Positions 38,142-48,138 of a stretch of DNA of 64,000 nt are shown here, piece by piece. The stretch is from Candidatus Omnitrophota bacterium (GTDB lineage Bacteria; Omnitrophota; Gorgyraeia; Tantalellales; Tantalellaceae). The position numbers and the translations under genes were made by a program. The notes beneath the pieces were generated by a model. The model saw only the letters and a list, made by a program, of their open reading frames with translations. It was not told the DNA's origin and did no database searches. The first letter of the stretch is position 1. Each line of letters starts with the position of its first letter. The stretch spans positions 54,904-118,903 of the forward strand of contig JAQUQS010000005.1 of assembly GCA_028715965.1 (NCBI GenBank), given 5' to 3'.

Positions 38142-38181
38142 ACAAGTATAAAACAAGTATATAACAAGTATTTATACTTGT
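38142..38181. promoter_or_regulatory. Iteron/operator array: ACAAGTAT x3 at 11-bp phasing plus an inverted copy
   Basis: Direct copies start at 38142, 38153 and 38164. An inverted ATACTTGT at 38174-38181 forms ACAAGTAT-tt-ATACTTGT with copy 3. The array lies immediately upstream of the RBS of the AbrB-fold gene. Confidence 0.65.
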
Positions 38182-38280
38182 CAATAAAACATAAGACTAT
38201 TTTTTGGAATAAGTTACAAGATATTATTTTGGAAATTAGATAGTGAAAATGACCTACATATGACGTTCAGAACGCGAGGA

Positions 38281-39015
38281 TCAGTATCTCACTTCGACAA
38301 GGAACAGCCCTTTGGCAGGCGCAGTGGGACCGGCGTGTACCCTATCCTTTTTCTCCAGTATGGCCTTCATGCTGCCCGGGGGGAGGTATCCCCTTCCGAT
38401 ATCCACCAGCGTACCCACTACGTTACGTACCATATTGTACAGGAACCCGTCGCCCTTAACGGTCACGTGCACGTTCTTCCCGGCCTTACGGATACTTATA
38501 CCGGATATGGTCCGCACGGCCCCCCTTTCGATCTTGTCCTTTGCCTGAAATGACTTGAAATCATGTTTGCCCAGAAGCGCCCTGGACTCCTTCCGCATAA
38601 GAGCGATATCCAGCCGGTATGGCACCCTCCAGGAATATTTCTCGATAAAAGGGTCCCTCTGGCGCGAGTTGAAGATATGATATGTATATTTCTTAGAGAC
38701 CGCGCTGAAACGTACGTGGAAATCGGCATCGACCTCTTCCGCCGAGATGACCGAGATGGTCTCAGGCAATACCGGATTTAGCGCGAGAGGCAACTTTTCC
38801 ACGGGTATGGTGTGCGAGGTCTTGAACCCGACCACCTGGCCAAGCGCGTGTACACCCGAATCCGTGCGGCTGGCCCCATGTACCCTGTGCTTACGCCCCA
38901 GCACCCGCCCTAGCGCGCGTTCCATCATTTCCTGTACGGTCAGGCCGTTATCCTGGAATTGCCATCCCTTGTAGTCCGTACCGTCATAGGCGATCACAAG
39001 TTTAATGTTACGCAT
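38281..39015 (-). CDS. truA: tRNA pseudouridine(38-40) synthase
   Basis: IAYDGTDYKGWQ.., RTDSGVHA catalytic Asp motif. Confidence 0.9.
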   Translation of the reverse strand: MRNIKLVIAYDGTDYKGWQFQDNGLTVQEMMERALGRVLGRKHRVHGASRTDSGVHALGQVVGFKTSHTIPVEKLPLALNPVLPETISVISAEEVDADFHVRFSAVSKKYTYHIFNSRQRDPFIEKYSWRVPYRLDIALMRKESRALLGKHDFKSFQAKDKIERGAVRTISGISIRKAGKNVHVTVKGDGFLYNMVRNVVGTLVDIGRGYLPPGSMKAILEKKDRVHAGPTAPAKGLFLVEVRY

Positions 39016-39037
39016 GATATGTCAAACAGCCCACGGC

Positions 39038-40087
39038 TCACAGGCCGATCAATTTCTCGGCTATCTGTATAGCGTTAAGCGCGGCACCCTTCCGGAGATT
39101 GTCCGCGACGACCCACATATTAAGACCGTTCTCGACCGACCCGTCCTCGCGTATCCTCCCGACGAACACCTCATCCTGCCCTTCAACATCTATCGGCATG
39201 GGATACTTACCACCTTCGGGGTCATCCACCACTTTCACTCCCGGGAAATCACCTATCAAGCTCATTGCCTCGGCGCGGGACACCTTTTTCTCGGTCTCGA
39301 TATTGACGCTTTCGGAATGTGCGTAGTACACCGGTACCCGCACACAGGTAGAAGTAAGTTTAAGCCCGGGCAGCTCCATTATCTTACGCGTCTCGTGCAC
39401 CATTTTCATCTCTTCTTTTGTATAGAGATCATCCAGGAAAACGTCTATCTGCGGGATAACGTTATACGCTATCTGATGCGCGAACCTGCTTATCATCTCC
39501 GGCGGCACGGTATGCTCTCCGATGCCATAATGAGAATCTTTTTTTGCCAGCCTCGTCACCTGGGATTCCATCTCAAGTATGTTCTGTTGTCCCGCCCCCG
39601 ATACCGATTGGAACGTGGTGACCACCACTCTCCTGATCGGAGCCACATTATTTATGGCGCATAAAGGAAGGACCATCTGGATAGTGGAACAGTTCGGGTT
39701 CGCGATTATACCCTTGTGGCGTTCAATGGCGTGCGGGTTCACTTCCGGCACCACAAGCGGAACGTCCTTGTCCATACGAAAAGCGCTGGAGTTATCCACG
39801 CATACCGCGCCCGCCCTTACCGCGTGCGGCAGGAACTCCTTGCTCCTGGTCGCGCCGGCGGATGCCAGTACGATGTCGATACCATCGAAGGACTCCTCGT
39901 TCAGCACGCGCACTTCTATCCCCCGGCCCTTGAAATCCAGTTTCCTGCCCTGTGACCTTTCGCTGGCCAGCAATCGCAGCTCATCTATTGGAAAACCTCT
40001 TTCCTCAAGTATCCAGAGGAACTGGGTCCCCACCGCGCCGGTGGCCCCCATTATCGCTACATTATACTTACTCTTCTTCTTCAACAT
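39038..40087 (-). CDS. asd: Aspartate-semialdehyde dehydrogenase
   Basis: VAIMGATGAVG.. Rossmann N-terminus and a catalytic Cys region (NPNCSTI). Confidence 0.9.
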   Translation of the reverse strand: MLKKKSKYNVAIMGATGAVGTQFLWILEERGFPIDELRLLASERSQGRKLDFKGRGIEVRVLNEESFDGIDIVLASAGATRSKEFLPHAVRAGAVCVDNSSAFRMDKDVPLVVPEVNPHAIERHKGIIANPNCSTIQMVLPLCAINNVAPIRRVVVTTFQSVSGAGQQNILEMESQVTRLAKKDSHYGIGEHTVPPEMISRFAHQIAYNVIPQIDVFLDDLYTKEEMKMVHETRKIMELPGLKLTSTCVRVPVYYAHSESVNIETEKKVSRAEAMSLIGDFPGVKVVDDPEGGKYPMPIDVEGQDEVFVGRIREDGSVENGLNMWVVADNLRKGAALNAIQIAEKLIGL

Positions 40088-40105
40088 ATAACCTGCCATT
40101 CTTGT

Positions 40106-41158
40106 TTATTTTAACGCCTTAACTACCATATCTCCTATTTCCGAGGTCGAATGGCCCATCTGGGCGGCTCTCATGCTCTTCATCTTAGGAGTAACATCGG
40201 CTATAGCTTTTTCGATCGACGCGGCGGCCTTGGCCTCCCCGAAAGACGCCAGCATCATGCCCGCCGACCCTATGGCCGCCAGCGGATTTATCTGATTCTT
40301 GCCGGTGAAGTTCGGCGCGGTACCACCTATCGGCTCGAACATGGACACTCCTTCCGGGTTGATATTCCCTCCGGCGGCGATGCCCAGCCCACCCTGTATT
40401 ACAGCGGCAAGGTCCGTTATTATGTCCCCGAACAAATTATCGGTAACTAACACATCGAATTTTTCGGGACACTCTATCATATATAATGTCATCGCGTCGA
40501 CATGCACATAATCCCTCTCGATATCGGGGTACTCATTCTTCCCTATCTCGTTGAACGCCCTGTCCCACAGGTCGAACGCGTATGTAAGCACGTTGGTCTT
40601 CCCCACAAGGGTGAGCTTCTTTTTCCTGTTACGCTTCCTCGTATGATCGAAAGCGTACCTCAGGCATCTTTCCACTCCTTTACGCGTATTTATGGAGGTC
40701 TGTATCGCGACCTCGTCCGGTGTCCCTTTCTTCAGGAATCCGCCTGAACCGGTATACGCCCCTTCTGTATTCTCACGCACGACCACGAAATCTATATGTT
40801 CCGGCCCTTTTTCCTTTATCGGCGTATATACGTTGGGATACAGTTTTACCGGCCTCAGGTTTATATACTGGTCCAGCTCGAACCTTAACTTCAGGAGTAT
40901 GCCGCGCTCCAGTATCCCGGGCTTGACGTCGGGATGCCCTATGGCCCCAAGATACATGGCGTCATATTTCCTGAACTCATCAACAGCTCCTTCCGGCAAT
41001 ACTTCCCCGGTCCGGAGGAACCTTTCCCCGCCGTAATCGAATTCCGTGAACTCCATTTTTATGCCATAAAGCGCGCATACGGCATCCAGCACCTTACGTC
41101 CTTCCCTTATGACCTCCGGTCCGGTACCATCACCCGGCAGGACAGCTATCTTATACAT
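40106..41158 (-). CDS. leuB: 3-isopropylmalate dehydrogenase
   Basis: Isocitrate/isopropylmalate dehydrogenase family ([13 protein letters not shown]..). Adjacent to leuD and leuC. Confidence 0.85.
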   Translation of the reverse strand: MYKIAVLPGDGTGPEVIREGRKVLDAVCALYGIKMEFTEFDYGGERFLRTGEVLPEGAVDEFRKYDAMYLGAIGHPDVKPGILERGILLKLRFELDQYINLRPVKLYPNVYTPIKEKGPEHIDFVVVRENTEGAYTGSGGFLKKGTPDEVAIQTSINTRKGVERCLRYAFDHTRKRNRKKKLTLVGKTNVLTYAFDLWDRAFNEIGKNEYPDIERDYVHVDAMTLYMIECPEKFDVLVTDNLFGDIITDLAAVIQGGLGIAAGGNINPEGVSMFEPIGGTAPNFTGKNQINPLAAIGSAGMMLASFGEAKAAASIEKAIADVTPKMKSMRAAQMGHSTSEIGDMVVKALK

Positions 41159-41194
41159 ATTCTTCCTTTCCGCTCGCTGCGGCGCTCTTCATCG

Positions 41195-41686
41195 TTATTT
41201 TTTCTTCTTGGCGTACGACATCAACCCGCCCGCCTTGATGATGTCCTTTATGAACTTCGGCAGGACATCGGACTTATATTTACGCTTCTGTCCGGATCTT
41301 GTTATCTCACCCTTGTCAAAATCGATATCAGTTATGATATCGCCCTCCTTGAGCCCATCGGCGGCTTCCGGGCTGGTAAGTATCGGGAGTCCTATGTTTA
41401 TGGAGTTACGGGAAAAGATCCGGGCGAAACTCTTGGCGATCACGCATGATACTCCCGCGGCCTTTATACACATAGGCGCGTGCTCCCTTGATGAGCCGCA
41501 TCCGAAATTGTCTCCCGCGACGATAACATCCCCTTCTTTCAGTTTTTTCACGAATTCGGGATCCGCGTCCTCCATACAGTGTTTCGCGAGCTCCACAGGA
41601 TCGGACGAGTTCAGGTATCGTGCCGGAATTATTTCATCGGTATTAACATCATTGCCGAATTTATGCACTTTGGCTTTAAGGTCCAT
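41195..41686 (-). CDS. leuD: 3-isopropylmalate dehydratase small subunit
   Basis: 163 aa aconitase swivel domain (GDNFGCGSSREHAP). Confidence 0.88.
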   Translation of the reverse strand: MDLKAKVHKFGNDVNTDEIIPARYLNSSDPVELAKHCMEDADPEFVKKLKEGDVIVAGDNFGCGSSREHAPMCIKAAGVSCVIAKSFARIFSRNSINIGLPILTSPEAADGLKEGDIITDIDFDKGEITRSGQKRKYKSDVLPKFIKDIIKAGGLMSYAKKKK

Positions 41687-41701
41687 ATATCTCCTTTTCC
41701 G

Positions 41702-42982
41702 TCACAGGTCAGAGGGATGCGTTATCCGTCCCTTTACCGCGCTGGCGGCCGCTACGGCCGGGTTAGAAAGATAAACAAAACTTTTCGGGTGCCCCATGCG
41801 GCCCACGAAATTCCGGTTGGTGGTCGATATCGCCGTCTCGCCTTCGGCCAATATGCCCATATGCCCGCCTAGACATGGCCCGCAGCTGGGAGTACAGAAC
41901 ACCCCGCCCGCGCGTATGATGGTCTCCGCGTATCCCTCATCCACGGCTTCCTCGTATATGGCCTGTGTCGCCGGTATCACTACCAGTCTGGTATTCGGGT
42001 CAGTCTTCTTGTTCTTCAGGACAGCGGCCGTGGTCTTGAGGTCACTTATCCTGCCGTTAGTACATGAACCTATGACGACCTGGTCCACTTTGACATCCTT
42101 ATAATCCCTTACCGGTTTACCGTTGGAAGGAAGATGCGGGGCCGCCACGACCGGCTCCAGTTTTGACACGTCATATTCCCTCACATCGGAATATACCGCG
42201 TCCTTATCACTCGAGTAAAGCTTATAGGTCTTCCGCGACGGTTTATACTTCCGGATCGCGGCCTTCACATATTTTTCGGTTATCTTGTCCGGCGCTATCA
42301 CCCCGTTCTTTGCCCCGGCCTCTATCGCCATGTTACACATGGAGAACCTGTCATCCATCTCAAGCGTTTCTATGGCGCTACCCGTTATCTCCAGAGCCTT
42401 TCCAAGTGCCCCGGCCACCCCGAGATCGGATATGGCGTGCAAGATAAGGTCCTTCCCCGTGACCCATTTTCGGGGTTTACCCGTGAACCGGAGAAGTATG
42501 GTCTCCGGGACTTTCAGCCAGCACTCCCCAAAAGCCATGGCGTAAGCCAGGTCCGTACTACCCATCCCCGTAGTGAACGCGCCTAAAGCCCCGTGCGTAC
42601 ACGTATGTGAATCCGCTCCTATTATCAGGTCACCCGGGAGCACTAATCCCCTTTCCGGCAAAAGAGCGTGTTCTACCCCCATTTGGCCCAGCTCAAAATA
42701 ATTGGATATCCCGAACTCACGGCAGAAATCCTTGAGTATTTTCGCCTGATTAGCGCTCTGCATATCTTTAGCGGGTAAAAAATGGTCGGGCACAAGTACT
42801 ATACGATTCTGGTTAAATACTTTTTTCAGGCCCAATTCCCGGAACTCTCTTATGGCTATTGGACTTGTGATATCATTACCCAGGCACAGATCTATATTAG
42901 CCATTACATAATCACCCGGCGCTATATCCTTCATGCCCGGCAGATGAGCTAATAATATTTTTTCGGTTATTGTATGACCCAT
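41702..42982 (-). CDS. leuC: 3-isopropylmalate dehydratase large subunit
   Basis: 426 aa aconitase family large subunit with Cys ligands. Short-form (archaeal-type) LeuC. Confidence 0.88.
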   Translation of the reverse strand: MGHTITEKILLAHLPGMKDIAPGDYVMANIDLCLGNDITSPIAIREFRELGLKKVFNQNRIVLVPDHFLPAKDMQSANQAKILKDFCREFGISNYFELGQMGVEHALLPERGLVLPGDLIIGADSHTCTHGALGAFTTGMGSTDLAYAMAFGECWLKVPETILLRFTGKPRKWVTGKDLILHAISDLGVAGALGKALEITGSAIETLEMDDRFSMCNMAIEAGAKNGVIAPDKITEKYVKAAIRKYKPSRKTYKLYSSDKDAVYSDVREYDVSKLEPVVAAPHLPSNGKPVRDYKDVKVDQVVIGSCTNGRISDLKTTAAVLKNKKTDPNTRLVVIPATQAIYEEAVDEGYAETIIRAGGVFCTPSCGPCLGGHMGILAEGETAISTTNRNFVGRMGHPKSFVYLSNPAVAAASAVKGRITHPSDL

Positions 42983-43090
42983 GTTACCTCGCTTTATGGT
43001 TATATACCTTGACCTGAATGGTCAGTTTACCAAATTTTAAAACTAAAATCAATGAGTTTAAACCGGCCTGTACGGAGGGCTTACGCCTTA

Positions 43091-43831
43091 TCAGATCATG
43101 GGTATGGCCGAAAGTAATGTCTTTGTGTACGGATGCCTGGGAGCGCGGTACAGGGTCTCCCTATCCGCCTGTTCGACTATCTTACCCTTGTTCAGTACCG
43201 CGACCTCGTCCGCCATGAATTCTACGACCCTAAGATCATGCGATATAAAGATATAGGTCGTCCCCATCTGCTCCTGTATATCCTTGAAAAGATTAAGTAT
43301 CCCGGCCTGTATGGAAACATCCAGGCTGGATACCGGTTCATCCAGAACTATCAGCTCCGGACCATGTATTATTGCCCTTGCTATCGCTATCCTTTGCCGT
43401 TCTCCGCCAGAGAACTCATGTGGGAATTTTTCCTCGATCCCCGGGCGGGAGAGCCGCACCCTGCCCAAGGCTTCCGACACCATTTTCCGCCTGTCGGTTT
43501 TGTTCATACCTTTTATGAACAGGGGTTCCCCTACTATGTCCCCGACCGTCATCCTCGGGTTAAGGGAATTGTACGGGTCCTGAAAGACCATATCCAGGCT
43601 ACAATTCACGGTTATCTTCCCCTCATCCGGCATGATCACCCCCGTGATCATGCGTGCAATGGTGGATTTTCCTGATCCGGATTCCCCCACTATACCGAAG
43701 GTCCCGCCTCTTCGCACGACAAGGTCTATACCATCCACCGCGCGGATGACCCTGTCATGTCCCGGGATGGCCGTGTTCCCGGATCTTCGAAAAACTTTAC
43801 TTACGCCGATCGCCTCAACTAATATATCCAT
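43091..43831 (-). CDS. oppF: Oligopeptide/dipeptide ABC transporter ATP-binding protein (OppF/DppF-like)
   Basis: Walker A GESGSGKST, signature LSGGERQR, Walker B. Confidence 0.85.
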   Translation of the reverse strand: MDILVEAIGVSKVFRRSGNTAIPGHDRVIRAVDGIDLVVRRGGTFGIVGESGSGKSTIARMITGVIMPDEGKITVNCSLDMVFQDPYNSLNPRMTVGDIVGEPLFIKGMNKTDRRKMVSEALGRVRLSRPGIEEKFPHEFSGGERQRIAIARAIIHGPELIVLDEPVSSLDVSIQAGILNLFKDIQEQMGTTYIFISHDLRVVEFMADEVAVLNKGKIVEQADRETLYRAPRHPYTKTLLSAIPMI

Positions 43832-44645
43832 TAGAACCTTTCATCTCAGGCAGCCTCTTCCTGGCATCCCCGATCCTGGGTATGCTCTCCAAAAGAGCCC
43901 TGGTGTAAAAATGGTCCGGAGAGGACAAGACCTTGTCCACCGGACCTTTTTCCACTATCCCGCCTTTGAACATGACAAAAACATCATCCGCCATCATCTT
44001 TACCAGGGAAAGATCATGCGTTATGAAAAGTATCCCCACACCGTACGAACGCTGTAGTTCCCTTACCAGTGACAGCACTTTCATCTGGGTGGACACGTCA
44101 AGAGCGGTAGTTGGCTCATCCAATATGAGGAGTTCGGGTCCGCAGGCAAGCGCCATGGCCAGAAGCATACGCTGCTGCATCCCTCCTGAAAGTTCGTGGG
44201 GGTATTTCCTCACCGCGTCGGGAGCGAGCCCGACCATCTCCATAAGTTCCATAACACGCCGCGACACCTTCCATCGTTCTTTCGGAGCGTGCGCCAGGAG
44301 CGGTTCCGCTATCTGCTGTTCCAGCCTCATGACAGGATTAAGGACCTTGAACGGTTCCTGGAAAACCATGCCGATACGCGCTCCGCGTATAGCCCTCAAA
44401 TCCCTTTCCGGTAAAGTACAGATATCAATATCACCGACCTTGATCGCGCCTTCCGTGATATCCGCCCCATACGGCAAGAGCCTGATCACTGACATGGCCG
44501 TCATGGTCTTCCCGCTACCGGACTCGCCCACAAGTGCCGTCGTCTTCCCGGCGGATACAGTAAGGCTGACGTCGGATACGACATCCCTGCTTCCTATACG
44601 GACGGTCAGTCCTTCTATGCTGAGGACATCAGGCCCCGGCGTCAT
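43815..44645 (-). CDS. oppD: Oligopeptide/dipeptide ABC transporter ATP-binding protein (OppD/DppD-like)
   Basis: Walker A GESGSGKT, signature LSGGMQQR. Confidence 0.85.
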   Translation of the reverse strand: MTPGPDVLSIEGLTVRIGSRDVVSDVSLTVSAGKTTALVGESGSGKTMTAMSVIRLLPYGADITEGAIKVGDIDICTLPERDLRAIRGARIGMVFQEPFKVLNPVMRLEQQIAEPLLAHAPKERWKVSRRVMELMEMVGLAPDAVRKYPHELSGGMQQRMLLAMALACGPELLILDEPTTALDVSTQMKVLSLVRELQRSYGVGILFITHDLSLVKMMADDVFVMFKGGIVEKGPVDKVLSSPDHFYTRALLESIPRIGDARKRLPEMKGSNGYIS

Positions 44646-45474
44646 CCTGGGCCTCCTTTCCCCTGTTACGGCCCACGGGGTCCAGTCTTTCCCTCAATGA
44701 TTCTCCTACGAGATTAAAGCTCATGACCGTGACCAGTATGGCCATCCCGGGAAAGAACGTAAGCCACCACGCGTAATCTATATAGTTCTTCCCATAGGTT
44801 ATTATGTTCCCCCAGCTTGGCATGGGTATCTGCACTCCCAGCCCCAGGAAGCTGAGAGCGCTCTCTACAAGTATGGCCGACCCGACACTCAGTGTTACAC
44901 TTACATATACAGGCGCCATCGCGTTCGGCAATATATGCCGGAATATTATCCTCATATCCGGGACGTTCTGTATCCTGGCGGACATCACGAAATCCCTTTC
45001 CCTCAGGCTCAGGACCTCCGCCCGCACCAGCCTGCACAACCCCGGCCAGCTGGTGAGCCCTATGACCGCCATGACGTTCATCATATTGGGTCCAAGGAAC
45101 GCTATGACCATCATGATAAGAAAGAACGTCGGAAAACAATACATTATCTCAACAAGCCGCATGATGAGATTATCCACCCATCCCCCGTAATAACCGCTGA
45201 TCCCGCCCAGGACCACGCCAATGGACATCGAGATGAAAACGGCTATAAAAGCCACTGTCAGGGATATCCTGGTGCCGAACACCATGCGGCTGAACACATC
45301 CCTCCCCAGGCTGTCGGTCCCGAAAAAGTGTTCCAATGACGGAGGTTGTACCCGTGAACCGGTGGAAAGCTCCATATGGAGAGGATCATACGGCGCTATT
45401 TTAGGGGCGAATACCGCCAGGACCACCATAAGCGCGATTATCGTACCTCCTATATATACGCCGTATCTCCTCAT
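44629..45474 (-). CDS. oppC: Oligopeptide ABC transporter permease (OppC/DppC-like)
   Basis: BPD_transp_1 permease with 6 TM helices and an EAA-like loop. Confidence 0.85.
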   Translation of the reverse strand: MRRYGVYIGGTIIALMVVLAVFAPKIAPYDPLHMELSTGSRVQPPSLEHFFGTDSLGRDVFSRMVFGTRISLTVAFIAVFISMSIGVVLGGISGYYGGWVDNLIMRLVEIMYCFPTFFLIMMVIAFLGPNMMNVMAVIGLTSWPGLCRLVRAEVLSLRERDFVMSARIQNVPDMRIIFRHILPNAMAPVYVSVTLSVGSAILVESALSFLGLGVQIPMPSWGNIITYGKNYIDYAWWLTFFPGMAILVTVMSFNLVGESLRERLDPVGRNRGKEAQDDAGA

Positions 45475-45475
45475 G

Positions 45476-46456
45476 TCAATCCCTCCTCCCGAACCTTATG
45501 CGCGGGTCGGCGACCGCGTAAAGGATATCCGCAAGGAATATACCCACGAGCGTAAGAAAAGTGGAAAGTACGCCTACCCCCATTATCACAGGATAATCGT
45601 AGTTCATTATCGCCTCGTACCCCAGCCTCCCCATCCCGGGCCACGCGAATATGGATTCGAATATAAAGCTCCCGGAAACAAGCGCCGGCAGTGTTAGTCC
45701 CATCACGGTTATCACAGGTAAGAGCGCGTTCCTTAAGGCGTGCACGAAAATGACCCGGTTCTCACTGAGTCCCTTTGCCCTGGCCGCCAGGATATACGGC
45801 TCCCGCATGACCTCTATAACGCTGGCCCGGGTGTACCTGGAAAGTGAGGCCAGCGAACCGAAAGCCGTGGCGGTCACGGGAAGCACCATATGCCAGACAA
45901 GGTCCCTTAAACGGGCGGCACCACCAAGATACTCGGCGTACCATGGGGTCATACCGGATATCGGGAACCACCTGAGGTCCACTCCGAAAAAAAGGATAAG
46001 TATGAGCGCGAGCCAGAACGTGGGCATGGCATAACCGATGAACATCAGTAGAGTGGCCGTCCGGTCGAACCCACCGCCTTTACGGACCGCGCTTATCACC
46101 CCTACAGGCACGGCTATCAGAAAGATGATGACAAGGCTCGTGAACTGGAGGAGTAGTGTCGCCGGTATCCTTTCGGCTATCTTCTCCTTTACCGGACGTC
46201 CATCAATAAGCGATCCCCCGAAATCAAAAAGAACGAACCGCTTCATCCATAATACATATTGCTCAAGAACAGGCTTATCAAGATCGAACATCCTGTTGAA
46301 ATCATCCCTGGCTTCCCCGGATATCTCCGGGTTAAGCCCGTATCTTATGCTGGCGGGATCTCCGGGGGCCACATGCATAACGATGAACAGTATGAATGAT
46401 ATGCCTAAGAGCATAGGCACTATCATTAGACATCTTTTGAGCAAATATTTTCCCAT
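45476..46456 (-). CDS. oppB: Oligopeptide ABC transporter permease (OppB/DppB-like)
   Basis: Typical OppB N-terminus (MGKYLLKRCLMIVPMLLGISFILF..). Confidence 0.85.
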   Translation of the reverse strand: MGKYLLKRCLMIVPMLLGISFILFIVMHVAPGDPASIRYGLNPEISGEARDDFNRMFDLDKPVLEQYVLWMKRFVLFDFGGSLIDGRPVKEKIAERIPATLLLQFTSLVIIFLIAVPVGVISAVRKGGGFDRTATLLMFIGYAMPTFWLALILILFFGVDLRWFPISGMTPWYAEYLGGAARLRDLVWHMVLPVTATAFGSLASLSRYTRASVIEVMREPYILAARAKGLSENRVIFVHALRNALLPVITVMGLTLPALVSGSFIFESIFAWPGMGRLGYEAIMNYDYPVIMGVGVLSTFLTLVGIFLADILYAVADPRIRFGRRD

Positions 46457-46458
46457 GA

Positions 46459-48138
46459 TCAGAACGCGTATTTCACTTTGTTATCATCCACATACCACTC
46501 CACGAAATTATAACTTATTCCCGCGGGTTCCGGACGTATCCCGTTGAACCTGGAGTTGATGGCAGGTTCAGCGTAAGGATAAAAAAGGAAAGTATACGGC
46601 GCGGCATCGTGTATACGGGAATGTATGGCCCGGTATATCTCCCCTCTTCTGGCCGGGTCGAACTCCCTCCTGCCCTCTTCTATCAACCTATCCACCTCCG
46701 GATCGGAGTATGATATCAGGTTAAGCCCGTTCTCTCCAGCCGATGATGAATGCCATACCGCGTAAGGGTCCGGGTCCGCGGGGAGGGTCCAGCCTAAAAG
46801 CACCGCCTGGAACTTGCCGCCCTTCACGAACTGGTCCAGGAATGCCGCCCAGGCCACCACCTGTATATCGGTCTTTATCCCTATAGCGGCCCAATCCGAC
46901 TGTATCATGGTAGCCACATCCTCACGTACCTGGTTGCCCTGATTTGTGATAAGTCTTACATGGAACTCCATGCCGTCCTTTTCAAGCACACCATCGTTGT
47001 CCACATCCGCCCACCCGGCATTCATGAGCAAACGCTTAGCTTTATCCGGGTCGTATACATATTCCTCCACGTTATCGTCATAATACGCGGTGCCCTTGAT
47101 GAAGGGCCCGTCACAACGCTCACCCTGGCCCAGGAGGACCGAATCGATGATATTCCCGCGGTTTATGGCAAGACTCAGGGCGATACGTACGTTCCTGTCA
47201 GAAAAGAGGGGATCCCTGAGATTATATCCGACATACGTGTATGCATGGGCCAGATATTTATATTTATTGATCCTCCGTTTGAAACTATCACCGCCAGAGC
47301 GGTATACGTACTGATAAGGGTTGAGGTCCATGGAATCTATACTTTCGGTGATCAGCTCAAGGAACTGTACCGATTCATCCGGTATTATCCTGTAGACATA
47401 TCTTTTTATCCCGGGGCATCCCCCGAAGTATTCCGTATTAGCCTCGAGTAATATATACTCGCCCGTCCTCCACCTGATGAACTTGTACGGTCCTGTCCCT
47501 ATAGGGTCCCTGGCATGGGGCGATGACCTCATATCGCCCACTTCGGAAAATATATGCTCGGGGATTATCCCCATACCCAGTTTAAGTAACGCTGGAGCGT
47601 ATGGAGCGGCATACTCGAACGTTATGGTACGGCTATCTTCCACTTTTATGCTCTTTATATCCTTGTATGCTCCCGTATAAGGGCACCCTGTCGCGGGGTC
47701 CAAGATGGTCTCGAACGTGAACTTGACGTCATTCGCCGAAAAAGGCCTGCCATCGTGCCATTTCACGCCATCACGCAACTTGAATGTTATGGAAAGACCG
47801 TCCGCCGACACCACCCAGCTCTCCGCCAGGTCCGGGACTACCGTAAGGTCCTTATCGACCTTTGTCAGGCCGTTATATACCATACCGCATATCGAGCTGG
47901 ACGCCACATCGTCCGCCAGAAAAGGGATCAGTATGCGCGCGTCCCCCGTGCCTGCCGAAACATAAGCATCCCGCGGTGTACGTGAAGCAGTCGCGGCATC
48001 GGCATAAAAGAACGGTAACATCAATAAAAAAAAGACCGTTACCCCTGCAAGGGATAACGGTCCTTTTAGCAAAACACAGTTCTTCAAGTGACCTCTCACA
48101 TAAAAATAGCGGTTGGATCCCCTATTTGACCTCAACAT
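46459..48138 (-). CDS. oppA: ABC transporter substrate-binding protein, family 5 (peptide/nickel type)
   Basis: SBP_bac_5 domain. The start is uncertain. ATG at 48138 overlaps secG by 17 nt. Alternative TTG or GTG starts near 48087-48099 with a GAGAGG RBS give a cleaner signal peptide (..LLKGPLSLAGVTVFFLLMLPFFYADA). Confidence 0.8.
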   Translation of the reverse strand: MLRSNRGSNRYFYVRGHLKNCVLLKGPLSLAGVTVFFLLMLPFFYADAATASRTPRDAYVSAGTGDARILIPFLADDVASSSICGMVYNGLTKVDKDLTVVPDLAESWVVSADGLSITFKLRDGVKWHDGRPFSANDVKFTFETILDPATGCPYTGAYKDIKSIKVEDSRTITFEYAAPYAPALLKLGMGIIPEHIFSEVGDMRSSPHARDPIGTGPYKFIRWRTGEYILLEANTEYFGGCPGIKRYVYRIIPDESVQFLELITESIDSMDLNPYQYVYRSGGDSFKRRINKYKYLAHAYTYVGYNLRDPLFSDRNVRIALSLAINRGNIIDSVLLGQGERCDGPFIKGTAYYDDNVEEYVYDPDKAKRLLMNAGWADVDNDGVLEKDGMEFHVRLITNQGNQVREDVATMIQSDWAAIGIKTDIQVVAWAAFLDQFVKGGKFQAVLLGWTLPADPDPYAVWHSSSAGENGLNLISYSDPEVDRLIEEGRREFDPARRGEIYRAIHSRIHDAAPYTFLFYPYAEPAINSRFNGIRPEPAGISYNFVEWYVDDNKVKYAF

